Source: Candidatus Hecatella orcuttiae
GTDB lineage: Archaea; Thermoproteota; Bathyarchaeia; Hecatellales; Hecatellaceae
Length of the DNA: 64,000 nucleotides
Assembly: GCA_002011035.2 (NCBI GenBank)
Contig: MTLY02000002.1
Coordinates: 384,001 to 448,000 of the forward strand
Direction of reading: 5' to 3'
Positions 31,078-40,001 of the stretch are shown here, one piece after another (position 1 is the first letter of the stretch; each line of letters begins with the position of its first letter). The notes under the pieces were generated by a model. The model was not told the origin of the DNA and searched no databases. It was given only the letters and a program-made list of their open reading frames with translations. The position numbers and the translations under genes are program-made.

Positions 31078-32044
31078 CTAGGCCGGTTTTGGGGCCTAGG
31101 ATGATGGCGGTGGAGTGGGCTTTGAGGAGGGCTGGAAGCAGCTTGGGTTTCCCTTCTCTGGCCACTACCTCCGAGTCGTAGGCGCAGATGGCCGTCAGGG
31201 GGATTTCCAAGGTCCGATGGAGGGCGCGCTCGTAGGCTACCAGCTCTTTGACCATTCCGTGGTTGAAGAAGCAGGCCATCTCCCCGGCGACCCGGAGGCC
31301 TTGGAAGCCCCGGGCTTTCGCCTCCTCCAGCAGCTTCTTCCACAGCCTCAGGGTTTTGGCCATGTCGAACTTTCCGTCGATGATGTACCATTCTTGGTAG
31401 GGGATGACCTTCAATGCGCCTTTTCTCTTGTGTCTCTCCACGTCGATTCCGAACTTCTCCATAGCCCGCCTGACCTGGTCGCAGGCCTCTTGGCCGGCCA
31501 CGTAGGCGGCGGCTTCCTCCTCCTCCAGCCCGGCTTTCAGGTAGGTGAAGAGGACGCGGTGCTTGTCTTCGGGGTCTGTGTAGAAGAGGGCCACGTGGTC
31601 GGTGGGCTTCATCTTCTTGACAAACTCTAGGATTCCCGCCTTCTCCATCTTCGCCTCCCGGTCCCTCGGAGGGGCTGGAAATGGGAGGTAGGCGGTTTGA
31701 GTCCAGAGGCCCCGGGCTTGCTGTACGTAGTCGGCGAAGGCATAGCCTTCTTTTTCCTCGAAGTTCAGCCCCATCCTCCGGTAGAGCTTTCTGAGGATGG
31801 CTCTCAGGAGGACTGGAGCTCCGAGGCCGAACAGCCTTTCCAGCCCTTGGGCGAAGGCTTCGGGCTTTCGGGGAATATCCCTTCTTCTGAGGTGGAGGTC
31901 TCTCTCCAGATGGTAGTAGATGGCTTGGGCGGGGGGCTTTCCCACCACGGCGACTAGGCCTTCGTCCACGACCTCCAGCAGAAGCCGTCGGAATTCAGTT
32001 TCCCTCCTCCTTTCCACTGGTCTGTGCTCAGACAAACCCTTCAT
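31064..32044 (-). CDS. MEDS sensory-domain protein with an N-terminal helical domain (NitrOD5/DUF3227-like)
   Basis: HVALFY...GLRVAGEM...YE...AICAYD MEDS motif; N-terminal AIYYHLE...FAQGLERLFG. Confidence 0.8.
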   Translation of the reverse strand: MKGLSEHRPVERRRETEFRRLLLEVVDEGLVAVVGKPPAQAIYYHLERDLHLRRRDIPRKPEAFAQGLERLFGLGAPVLLRAILRKLYRRMGLNFEEKEGYAFADYVQQARGLWTQTAYLPFPAPPRDREAKMEKAGILEFVKKMKPTDHVALFYTDPEDKHRVLFTYLKAGLEEEEAAAYVAGQEACDQVRRAMEKFGIDVERHKRKGALKVIPYQEWYIIDGKFDMAKTLRLWKKLLEEAKARGFQGLRVAGEMACFFNHGMVKELVAYERALHRTLEIPLTAICAYDSEVVAREGKPKLLPALLKAHSTAIILGPKTGLVKSE

Positions 32045-32052
32045 CTCCCAGA

Positions 32053-33468
32053 CTATATCATGGGTGTCAGCTTCACCCCGGAGATGCCTTCCCGGGTGAC
32101 CACTTGGAAGTAGTAGAGAGGCGTCTTTGGCTTGACCCCGTACATGAAGAGGGCTCCGTCGATCTCGTCGACTTTGAAGTAAAGGTCGGATACGGCTCTC
32201 AGCTGCTCCGCTAGGGCGATGGTGGGTCTGATGACGTTCACCCTCACGTCTTCAAGGTTTCTGACTAGCGTGATGTCTTGGCCGAGAATCTTCAGTCCCT
32301 CCTCCCGGCCGTAGATGTACTCGAGAGAGTCGAAACCCACCACCGACAACACCGGCTTCCCGGTTTGCTCCCTGAGCTGGGAGGCTCCGTTCCAGAAGGT
32401 TTCTATATCCTCCTCGATGGACTCGCCCTTCAACTTCAGGATGTAGGGGTCTTCGACATCGTCGCCGAAGTCCGCCACCCTCACCAGCTGCTGGAAGGTT
32501 TCCTCCTCCAAGGGAGGCACCAGCCGGGTTTTTATTCGGGGGGCGCTCAGCCCTCGGGGTGGGAGGATGAGGACTCCGTGGCCTTGGTTGGTGAAGTTGC
32601 AGACGGTAGGCCGCACGAGGCGGATGAGCGGAAAGGCCACATCCCGCCCGACTTCGACGAGGTTGTAGGTGCCTTTCCTTATCCCTCCGCCCAGCGCCTT
32701 GTCCATGTCTGGGATGCCTGTGGACAGGTGGGTTTGGGTGGAGGGTATAACCTCAAACTTCACCGGTTCCTCCACAGGCCGGAGGGTCAGTGGGGGGAAC
32801 ACTTGAAAGCCTTCCTTCAGGGTGAAGGGAATCCGGTGCTGGGTTATTTCCGCTCCCCTGAACTTCAGCACTTCTATCTCCCTCACCAGCCGGTCGTTGT
32901 GTTCGCGTCTGTTCAGCTTCAAGGTTGCGTCAGCTACAAACTCCTCCACCCCCAAGCCCAGTCTTTCCTCGCCTAGGGGGATCTCCACCACCATGAGGGT
33001 GGTACATCCGATTTGGCGGACGATCTTCCCCAGCACGGTGTGAAGGATTATTCGAGCGTCGATGCGGTTCTTGAAGGCCTGAACCAAAGCCGTGAAGGAG
33101 TCCATCACCAGCCTTCGAGCCTTCAGCGAATACACCTGGTCCAGTATCTCCTCCAGCAGCGTGGAGACCCCTTCCTCCCTGACGGTGAGCGCGTCGAGAA
33201 ACTTGAACTTCCCCTCCGCCTCCAGCTTCTGGAAGTCGAAGCCGAAACTTCGCATGTGCGCGTAGAAGCTCTCCCGGCTCTCGGCGAAGCTGACGTAGAG
33301 GCCGTTCTCCCCGTGGTCCGCGGCGCCGGAGTGGAGGAAGCGGGCTGAGAAGATGGTCTTTCCCGTCCCCGGGTTTCCCGCCAGGAGGATGAGGCTGCCT
33401 CGGGGGAAGCCGCCTCCGATGAGGAGGTCGAGGCCGGGGATACCTGTCCCCACGCGTTTTAGGCTCAA
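32053..33468 (-). CDS. KaiC/RAD55/GvpD-like ATPase with a degenerate second RecA-like domain
   Basis: TGIPGLD, GNPGTGKT, VMDSFT, EFVAD, LKFRG; the second domain starts STGIPDMD but has no Walker A. Confidence 0.88.
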   Translation of the reverse strand: MSLKRVGTGIPGLDLLIGGGFPRGSLILLAGNPGTGKTIFSARFLHSGAADHGENGLYVSFAESRESFYAHMRSFGFDFQKLEAEGKFKFLDALTVREEGVSTLLEEILDQVYSLKARRLVMDSFTALVQAFKNRIDARIILHTVLGKIVRQIGCTTLMVVEIPLGEERLGLGVEEFVADATLKLNRREHNDRLVREIEVLKFRGAEITQHRIPFTLKEGFQVFPPLTLRPVEEPVKFEVIPSTQTHLSTGIPDMDKALGGGIRKGTYNLVEVGRDVAFPLIRLVRPTVCNFTNQGHGVLILPPRGLSAPRIKTRLVPPLEEETFQQLVRVADFGDDVEDPYILKLKGESIEEDIETFWNGASQLREQTGKPVLSVVGFDSLEYIYGREEGLKILGQDITLVRNLEDVRVNVIRPTIALAEQLRAVSDLYFKVDEIDGALFMYGVKPKTPLYYFQVVTREGISGVKLTPMI

Positions 33469-33601
33469 AAACTGGCACCCTCAGCAGTCTATTCTCACCA
33501 GCCTCTTATTATCTTTTATTTCAGCCTCCGCGCGGCTTAGTTTCACCTTCCTCTCAAGGCTATCTAGCGGAAGGACGCTAGAACTCTGAGGGGTCCCTTC
33601 C

Positions 33602-33811
33602 ATGCCTGTCCCCAAGGGCTACCCTGTGAGGATCACCCGGTGGAGCAGCACCAGCCGGGTGAAGAGAGGCCGGAAGAAATACTGGAAGCTCGTCTTGAAC
33701 TTCCCTCAGAAGATGGCCCCGGAGCTGGAGGACCTCTTGGGCAGGCCGGCTGTGGCTTGGAGGGAAGGCAGCAGGGTCATCATCCAATTTCAGCTAGCTG
33801 GGAACCCCTGA
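33602..33811 (+). CDS. Small basic protein, possible AbrB-like DNA-binding protein
   Basis: 69 aa; KRGRKKYWKLVLNFPQKMA pattern; first gene of the cluster. Confidence 0.45.
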   Translation: MPVPKGYPVRITRWSSTSRVKRGRKKYWKLVLNFPQKMAPELEDLLGRPAVAWREGSRVIIQFQLAGNP

Positions 33812-33958
33812 GGGAGAACACCCCGCCTCCACGCCTCCTTCCACACGTCCATGTAAATCCCCCTCATATCCTCACACCCCTCCCGTTTTCCCAAGGGGGC
33901 TTCTCGCTAGCGGAGGCAAATTCCCCCAGCCCCCGACTTCCCCACCCTTCACAGGGCT

Positions 33959-34332
33959 GTGTCGAAAACCCTAAAAGCCCACCCATGCCCTAGGGAGGTT
34001 GCTGAAAAGGGTCGGGTGCACCGGAAACCCAGCCGCTGGAACCCGCAGGCCTTGGGGCCGGCGGGGCATGGGGCGGCCTTCCGCCTAAGCCAGCTTCCTT
34101 TCTCACCCGGCCTTCAGGGTTTTCTCCGAGGTGACGGCTTCTGGGAAGTCATCGGAACCTCTACCTCCGCCACCTCCGCCGGGAGGCGGAGAGGCTGTTC
34201 AAGGAAGCCTACCACGACCGGGAGAAGGCGGAGCTGGTGGCCCTAGCCGACTACCCGCTGCTGGACATCCGGAGGGGGGAGGTGCTGCGAAACCCCCACT
34301 ACGTCAACCCCAGCCTGGAGCGCCTCCTCTGA
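33959..34332 (+). pseudogene. Probable frameshifted hypothetical gene
   Basis: ...GFLRGDGFWEVIG joins, by a one-base shift near 34155, a start-less protein-like frame NLYLRHLRREAERLFKEAYHD...NPSLERLL ending TGA at 34332. Confidence 0.45.
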
Positions 34333-35141
34333 CAGCCCGGCCCAAAGGCCGGTGGGGTCTCCCCCACAGGCTTTTCCAAGGCCCCGCCTACCAGGGCGCC
34401 GCCGGGCCCGTGGCTGTGGAGGCGGACGAGGAGAAGATAGCCCTCCGTCTTCAAGCCTACCGGCTCTGGCCCCAGCGGACGGTGGTGGACCTCTACGCGG
34501 GGAAGGGCTTCCTCAGCTGGCTCTACGCCCGGGAAGGCTGTGAGCGGCTCATCTGCGTGGAGAAGAACCCTGAATATTTTGCGGTGTTGAAGCGGAACTT
34601 GGCGGAGTTCGGTGAGAGGGTGAAGCTGGTCCGGGCGGACAACCTCCGATGGCTGGAGCGAGGTGGGCTGTCCCCCGAGGAGCCGGTGACCTTCGTGGAC
34701 TTCGACGCCTTCGGCATCCCCGCCCGGCTGCTGCAGCGGTTCTTCACCGTCCACCCCATTCGGAGGGCTTTGGTGATGGCGGTCACCGACGGGCTGCTGT
34801 TCAACTTCCGGCGGATGAGCAACGCTGACCTCCGTAGGCTTTACCTGCAGGATTTTTATTTGGGCGGCGAAGCCGGGCGGCCGCTGAGCATCCAAGACCT
34901 GGGGGAGTACGCTTTCCAGATCCAGCGGACGCTGCTGGACATCTTGGCCATGCGCCACGGAGCCCAAGCCTACCCTCTCTATTTCAAGGTGAACCGCCGC
35001 TGCACCGTCGCCTACTCCGCCTATTTGGTCCTGCCCAAATTCGTGGGCGCTGTGGACTTTAAGCGCTATGTAGGTTTGAGGAGGGTGAAGACGGGGAGTG
35101 CCGCAGTATCCTTCGAGGGAAGTCTTGGACAGGCTGGCTAG
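34329..35141 (+). CDS. Class I SAM-dependent methyltransferase
   Basis: VVDLYAGKG motif I, CVEKN, VDFDAFGIP. Start uncertain (CTG 34329 or GTG near 34410); the track N-terminus from 34131 looks spurious. Confidence 0.75.
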   Translation: MTARPKGRWGLPHRLFQGPAYQGAAGPVAVEADEEKIALRLQAYRLWPQRTVVDLYAGKGFLSWLYAREGCERLICVEKNPEYFAVLKRNLAEFGERVKLVRADNLRWLERGGLSPEEPVTFVDFDAFGIPARLLQRFFTVHPIRRALVMAVTDGLLFNFRRMSNADLRRLYLQDFYLGGEAGRPLSIQDLGEYAFQIQRTLLDILAMRHGAQAYPLYFKVNRRCTVAYSAYLVLPKFVGAVDFKRYVGLRRVKTGSAAVSFEGSLGQAG

Positions 35142-35496
35142 GCTTCAGCCGGACCACTACGTGGAGGTCACGTGGAGCGACGCCTGCGAGATGCGGGACG
35201 CGACTCCGGAGGACATCGAACGCGACTACCACACCACCATCCTGTGCTCAGGCCGGGTGTACGGGGTCCGAGGCGACTACCTCATCCTCGTCAGCGAGGA
35301 AACCTTCTACGGCTACCGGTTCCTCAGCATCCCCATCGGCGTCATCCAGAAGCTGCGCATCCTCACCCGGAAGCCGCGGAAGAGGCCCCTCCGCATCCTC
35401 AAGGCCGGAGTCGCCTACAAGGTGGTCTACGTCTATGTCAAGCCCGGGGAAAAGTCTCAGGTTGACGTTAAAGGACTTCGCCTTGTACGAGCATGA
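35098..35496 (+). CDS. Small beta-barrel (Sm-like) virus-type protein
   Basis: VEVTWSDA...CSGRV...YLIL...IPIGVIQKL pattern common in phage hypothetical proteins. Confidence 0.5.
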   Translation: MPQYPSREVLDRLARLQPDHYVEVTWSDACEMRDATPEDIERDYHTTILCSGRVYGVRGDYLILVSEETFYGYRFLSIPIGVIQKLRILTRKPRKRPLRILKAGVAYKVVYVYVKPGEKSQVDVKGLRLVRA

Positions 35497-36034
35497 CTGG
35501 AGGGGCATCATCGCCCTCACCCTCGTCGCAGGGTACATCCTCCTCCTCTGGGCTCAGGTTCCCGGCATCGAAGTCCTCTCCGTGGCCGTCGGCCTGGTGG
35601 TAGGCTGGTACTTCGGCCTCCAGCAGCACCCCCAGCCCCGGCCGTGGGCGGAGCCGTCGGTTCCCCTCAAGCTCCGGCGGGCGACGGTGAAACATCCGGC
35701 GTTCAAATCCATCAAAACCCGACTGGTCGAAGCCCTCCGGCAGACGGGCTGCTACGACCCTGCCTTCGACGATATGGTGGTCGACGAGGTTGTTAAGTCC
35801 ATCATCGACATCCGCACTGTTGACCGCTATGTGGAAGGCGCCAAAGACCTCCGGGAGCTCGCTGAGGCCTTCAACGCCAAGGCGACTATAACCCGAATAC
35901 TCTACCAAGCTGTGGAGCAACTGGCCGTAACTCGGCGAGGCCGGCTGAAGAGAAAAGACATGGAAGGCTTCAAGGACACTCTCTTCACCCGTCTCAGGGA
36001 GCTGACATCCGCATCCGAGAACAATGCGCGATAG
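35435..36034 (+). CDS. Two-TM holin-like domain fused to a terminase-small-subunit-like domain
   Basis: TM pair ending GWYFG; C-terminus LRQTGCYDPAFDDMVVD...EQLAVTRRGR resembles P27-type TerS; lies upstream of TerL. Confidence 0.55.
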   Translation: MSSPGKSLRLTLKDFALYEHDWRGIIALTLVAGYILLLWAQVPGIEVLSVAVGLVVGWYFGLQQHPQPRPWAEPSVPLKLRRATVKHPAFKSIKTRLVEALRQTGCYDPAFDDMVVDEVVKSIIDIRTVDRYVEGAKDLRELAEAFNAKATITRILYQAVEQLAVTRRGRLKRKDMEGFKDTLFTRLRELTSASENNAR

Positions 36035-36261
36035 TGGCATATGGTGGCATGGTTTTGGGCGGAAAGACGAGGGTTAATTTAACGCTCGACAGCCTTCTGG
36101 TCAAAGCCATCGACCAGGTTCGCGGCCCCATCAGCCGGAGCAGCTTTATTCAAGCGCTGATCGAGGAGGCTCTGAAGAGTGTTCCCCGTGAGCGTCGAAG
36201 AGGCTTGGCTAAGGGCGAGGAGAGATCCAAGCTTCTTCGCGGGGTGGCTGCTCAGGCTTAG
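36034..36261 (+). CDS. Ribbon-helix-helix (CopG-like) regulator
   Basis: KTRVNLTLDSLLVKAIDQVRGPISRSSFIQALIEEAL. Confidence 0.75.
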   Translation: MAYGGMVLGGKTRVNLTLDSLLVKAIDQVRGPISRSSFIQALIEEALKSVPRERRRGLAKGEERSKLLRGVAAQA

Positions 36262-37501
36262 GCCCACAGCCTACCAGGCCAGGTTCCTCACCGACATGAG
36301 CAAGCGGCAGGTGTTGAAGTGGAGCCGGCAGAGCGGAAAGTCCACCTGCCTCGCCGTCAAAGCCTTGTGGTTCGCCATCTTCCACCCTCAAACCACCACC
36401 CTTATCATCTCTCCGTCTCTCAGGCAGTCGATAAACTTGAGGGATATTGTCGCCGGCCTCGTCGAAAGGCTGCCCCAAGATGCCAGGAAGAACTTGGTGG
36501 AGAAAACCTTGAGAACGACCCTCTACCTCTGGCGGGGCAGCCGCATCCTCGCACTGCCCGCAAACCCAAACACGCTCCGCGGCTTCACGGCTCACATGGT
36601 CCTCGTCGATGAGGCGGATTTCTTCCAAAACCCTGAGGCCATCTTCTACGGCACCGTTTACCCCATGCTGACCACCACCGACGGCTGGCTGATAGTCAGC
36701 TCCACCCCATGGACCACCAAGGGCTTCTTCCACCGCATCTGCCAGCCCGGCAGCGGCTACACGCACCACTTCATCAACTGGCGCGACGCGGTGCAGGCGG
36801 GAGTGGCCCGGGAGGCGGTTATCCGCGAGGCCATGGAACGCAACCCGCCGGAGGTCTTCCGCAGGGAGTACGAGTGCGAGTTCGTGGAGGACGTCGACGT
36901 CTTCCTGCCCTCGGACCTCATCGCCCGCTGCATCGACTCGCAGCTGGAGTACACGCCCTTCGAGGCTGAAGCCCGGGGTGAGTTCTACGTGGGATGCGAC
37001 TTCGGCAAGCACCAGGACTACTCGGTGGTGGCCGTGGTGGAGAAAAAGGACGACGTGATTTCCCTAGTCCACCTTCACAGGTTTCCACTGGAGACCCCCT
37101 ACGCCTCGGTCATCGGCTACGTGAAAGCCCTGTGCGACCGGTGGCGCAGCGTCGCCGCGGTGCGCCCTGACATGACCGGGGTGGGCGACTTCATCGTGGA
37201 AGAAATGCAGCGGGCTGGAATCCCCAGCGTGGAAGGCGTCAAGTTCACCCGCGAAAGCAAAGAGGCCATAGCCGTGCCGGTGAAGCAGGCTATGATTTCA
37301 GGGCGTGTTCGCATCCCCTACGACCGGGACCTCATCGCTGAGCTCAACGTGGAACGCTATGAGATGTCGAAAGACGGCCACTATGTTTTCAGCCACCCCG
37401 AGCGAAGCCACGACGACCGCTTCTGGGCCTTCTGCCTCGCCGCCCACGCCGCCCTCGGCAGGGGCGAAGGAGGAGCCATCATAGGGGGTGTCCGTCGATG
37501 A
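36179..37501 (+). CDS. terL: Terminase large subunit
   Basis: Walker A SRQSGKST, Walker B VLVDEA, SSTP, nuclease GCDFGKHQDYS and HDDRFWA. Confidence 0.95.
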   Translation: MFPVSVEEAWLRARRDPSFFAGWLLRLRPTAYQARFLTDMSKRQVLKWSRQSGKSTCLAVKALWFAIFHPQTTTLIISPSLRQSINLRDIVAGLVERLPQDARKNLVEKTLRTTLYLWRGSRILALPANPNTLRGFTAHMVLVDEADFFQNPEAIFYGTVYPMLTTTDGWLIVSSTPWTTKGFFHRICQPGSGYTHHFINWRDAVQAGVAREAVIREAMERNPPEVFRREYECEFVEDVDVFLPSDLIARCIDSQLEYTPFEAEARGEFYVGCDFGKHQDYSVVAVVEKKDDVISLVHLHRFPLETPYASVIGYVKALCDRWRSVAAVRPDMTGVGDFIVEEMQRAGIPSVEGVKFTRESKEAIAVPVKQAMISGRVRIPYDRDLIAELNVERYEMSKDGHYVFSHPERSHDDRFWAFCLAAHAALGRGEGGAIIGGVRR

Positions 37502-38709
37502 CCCTGTGGGGAAAAATCAAAAACTGGTTCACCGCCAGCGAAGCCCAAGGCTTGGAGGAGAAAGCCCGAGGCCTCGTCGCCGGGGTCCCTTCCGTCTGGG
37601 GCCGAGGGCAGAAGGCACCCTTCAGCTTCCAAACCTGCTTCGAACGCTACGAGAACGTAGGCTTGGTCACCGCGGCTGTGGACGCTACAGCGGAGATGAT
37701 CGCAGGCCCAGGCTACCACACCGAGGGCGTCGGTGAAGCCAAGCGTGTGGTGGACGACTTCGCGGAGGAGGTCAACCTCGACGGCCTGCTCATGGACGCG
37801 GTGCTGGACTGCGCCATCTGCGGCAACTCGTGGGTGGAGAAGGTGGTGGAGGACGGCCTCATCGTCGGCCTCAACTACCTCGACCCACTGAGCATGGAGC
37901 AGAGCATCATCCTCAAGAAGGCCCCCGGAGGCTTCGACCTCTACCACAACCAGGTGGAAGGCTACGTGCAGACCGTCCGAGGCAGGAAGACAGCCCAGTG
38001 GCCTGCGGACCGCATCATCCACTTCACCTGGAACCGGCCCCGCGGCAGCCTCTACGGCACAGGCATGGTGAAGCCTGTGGAAGCCTACCTGCAGACCATC
38101 CTCGAAGCCGAGCAGGACATGGGCAAGATCATCAAACGCTACGCCGCCCCCAAGGTGGCTTGGATGCTGCAGGACGCGGGGAAGACGGTTTTCGACGAGG
38201 TGAAGCGGCAGCTCCGCACCGTGCAGCCGGACGAGGACTACGTCATCGCCACCACCGGGAAGACGAGAATCGACGCCCAAGTCATCCAGATTGACCCCCG
38301 CAGCCGCTTCGAGTACTTCTTCAACCACATCACCAACGCCATCATGGCCGGGTTGGAGTGCCCCATCACCTTCCTCTTCCGCGGCGACGTGAGGGTCTCA
38401 GACGCCTCCGCCACGGCCATGCTTCAAGCCTTCGACCGGAAAATCCGCATGAAGCAGCGCCGGTTCAAACGCATCATCGAAGCCCAGCTTTTCCGCCCGC
38501 TGGTCCGGCAGCACGGCCACAGCGAAGTCCCCCGCCTGGTCTGGGGACCTGTGGAGGTGGAGACCTTGGAGGACAAGCTCAAGAAGTGGACGGAGCTGCT
38601 TTCCAGCCGCCTCAGCCTCAGGGATGAAACCCGCCGCGCCCTCGAGGATGAAATGATGAAAGACCTAGGCCTTCAGTCTACCGCAGAAGAGAGGAGTGAA
38701 GATGCCTAA
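37498..38709 (+). CDS. Portal protein
   Basis: Position after TerL, 403 aa, ICGNSWVE, IIHFTWN...YGTG, IEAQLFRPL. Confidence 0.88.
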   Translation: MTLWGKIKNWFTASEAQGLEEKARGLVAGVPSVWGRGQKAPFSFQTCFERYENVGLVTAAVDATAEMIAGPGYHTEGVGEAKRVVDDFAEEVNLDGLLMDAVLDCAICGNSWVEKVVEDGLIVGLNYLDPLSMEQSIILKKAPGGFDLYHNQVEGYVQTVRGRKTAQWPADRIIHFTWNRPRGSLYGTGMVKPVEAYLQTILEAEQDMGKIIKRYAAPKVAWMLQDAGKTVFDEVKRQLRTVQPDEDYVIATTGKTRIDAQVIQIDPRSRFEYFFNHITNAIMAGLECPITFLFRGDVRVSDASATAMLQAFDRKIRMKQRRFKRIIEAQLFRPLVRQHGHSEVPRLVWGPVEVETLEDKLKKWTELLSSRLSLRDETRRALEDEMMKDLGLQSTAEERSEDA

Positions 38710-39448
38710 GCATCCTGACTTCGAAAAAATCCACCGCGACTTCCTAAGCCGCTACGGAGCCGAGGAGGGGGAAAGACGCTACTACGCCTGGCTCCGCAGC
38801 CGCAGCCTCGACGACACCCAGCCCTTGGGCTCCCAGCGCGCTAAGCTGGAGGAAGGCACCGCCTTCCAGTGGGCTAACACCCTCGACTGGGTGGGGCAGC
38901 CCAACCGCATCCGAGGCCTCGCCCTCACCCCCGGCTCCAGCCTCAACCGCAACCTCTACCCGGAGGAGGAGCTGGCCAAGGCAGCCAGAACGCTGGCGGG
39001 GAAACCCATCTACGTCAACCACCTCCACACCGGGACAGCTGTCCCCGGGCAGGCTCAGCCGCAGGTAGGCCGGGTGCTGGACGCGGAGTACATCCCCGGC
39101 CGAGGCATCGAATACGTGGGCGCCGTCGAAGACCCCGCTGTTTGGAGGCTCATCCGAAGCGGCCTGATCACAAAGGTGAGCGTGGCGGGAAGATGCCGCT
39201 CCGCCCTCCCCGTCGACGGGGTGAAGCCGGAGGGGCTCATGTTCGAGGAGCTGAGCCTCCTCTGGGGGGAGGAACAGCCCGGTGTCCCCGGCGCCTACGT
39301 CCAAGTTTGGGAAAAGCTCAGCCCCAGGGGAAGGGCGAAGCCGCTGGGCCTAGGCCTCCGGGAAGGCCCTGAACCCGCGCAGCCGCCCACTCCAGACCTT
39401 TGGGGGGCTAGGCTGAGGGACGTGCTGCCTTCCAAGGCAAGGCGGTGA
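38696..39448 (+). CDS. Prohead maturation protease
   Basis: SLNRNLYPEEEL...GKPIYVNH...VGRV...VSVAG...FEELSL...PG, assemblin/HK97-like protease pattern. Confidence 0.8.
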   Translation: MKMPKHPDFEKIHRDFLSRYGAEEGERRYYAWLRSRSLDDTQPLGSQRAKLEEGTAFQWANTLDWVGQPNRIRGLALTPGSSLNRNLYPEEELAKAARTLAGKPIYVNHLHTGTAVPGQAQPQVGRVLDAEYIPGRGIEYVGAVEDPAVWRLIRSGLITKVSVAGRCRSALPVDGVKPEGLMFEELSLLWGEEQPGVPGAYVQVWEKLSPRGRAKPLGLGLREGPEPAQPPTPDLWGARLRDVLPSKARR

Positions 39449-39467
39449 AGCTGATTTTTCACGGTCA

Positions 39468-39540
39468 CAGCCATGACGGCAGCCCAGCCGCGTCGGTTGG
39501 GCCTACGCCGGAGCTTGACGGCTGAGGGGGATACTCCCCT
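39468..39540 (+). ncRNA. Candidate structured intergenic RNA element
   Basis: Nested pairings CAGCC/GGCTG, CGGC/GCCG, GCCCAGCCG/CGGTTGGGC, plus hairpin AGGGGG-ATAC-TCCCCT. Confidence 0.4.
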
Positions 39541-39579
39541 GCCTTAGTGTGGGAGAGCAAAAGTTTGGGAGAAAGAAAC

Positions 39580-39987
39580 ATGACCAGTCAAGGCGACGTG
39601 TACACCCTAGGCATCGTGCTAGACCTCAGAGCCGGAGGAGCCATCGCCAAAGGAGAACCTGTCAAAACCGGCGCCGCCGACGGCAAGGTTGTCGCAGCCT
39701 CCGACGGAGACGACCCCGTAGGCGTGGCCCTGAAGGCCGCCAGCGCCGACGGAGACCCCGTGCCCGTCATGGTTTCCGGAGCCGTCTACCTGACGGCCGC
39801 CGCGGCCATCAGCCGGGGGGAAGCCGTTCAGCCGGCGGGGTCCCAGAAGGTGAAAGCCCTCGCCGACCAGCCGGTGGACGAAGGAGGCACCGCCACCTAC
39901 ACTGTCTACTACCAGAAGAAGCTGGGCATCGCCTTGGAAGCCGCTTCCGCGGACGGAGACGTCATCCTCGTCCAGCTGGCCCTCTAA
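39580..39987 (+). CDS. Capsid decoration/cement protein (DUF2190-like)
   Basis: Gly/Ala-rich AGGAIAKGEPV...VGVALKAASADGDPVPV...GIALEAASADGDVILV with internal repeat; directly before MCP. Confidence 0.75.
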   Translation: MTSQGDVYTLGIVLDLRAGGAIAKGEPVKTGAADGKVVAASDGDDPVGVALKAASADGDPVPVMVSGAVYLTAAAAISRGEAVQPAGSQKVKALADQPVDEGGTATYTVYYQKKLGIALEAASADGDVILVQLAL

Positions 39988-40001
39988 GGCGGTGAAGCGC
40001 C

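Noticed and set aside
34052-34061. TTGGGGCCGG matching 49898-49907 at the tRNA 5' end, as a possible attL/attR pair
   Set aside because: Only 10 bp in GC-rich DNA, it lies inside the cluster's first genes, and no integrase is nearby; expected by chance.
34131-34328. Pro/Gly-rich N-terminus of the methyltransferase ORF
   Set aside because: Low-complexity off-frame reading of a region whose other frame is more protein-like.
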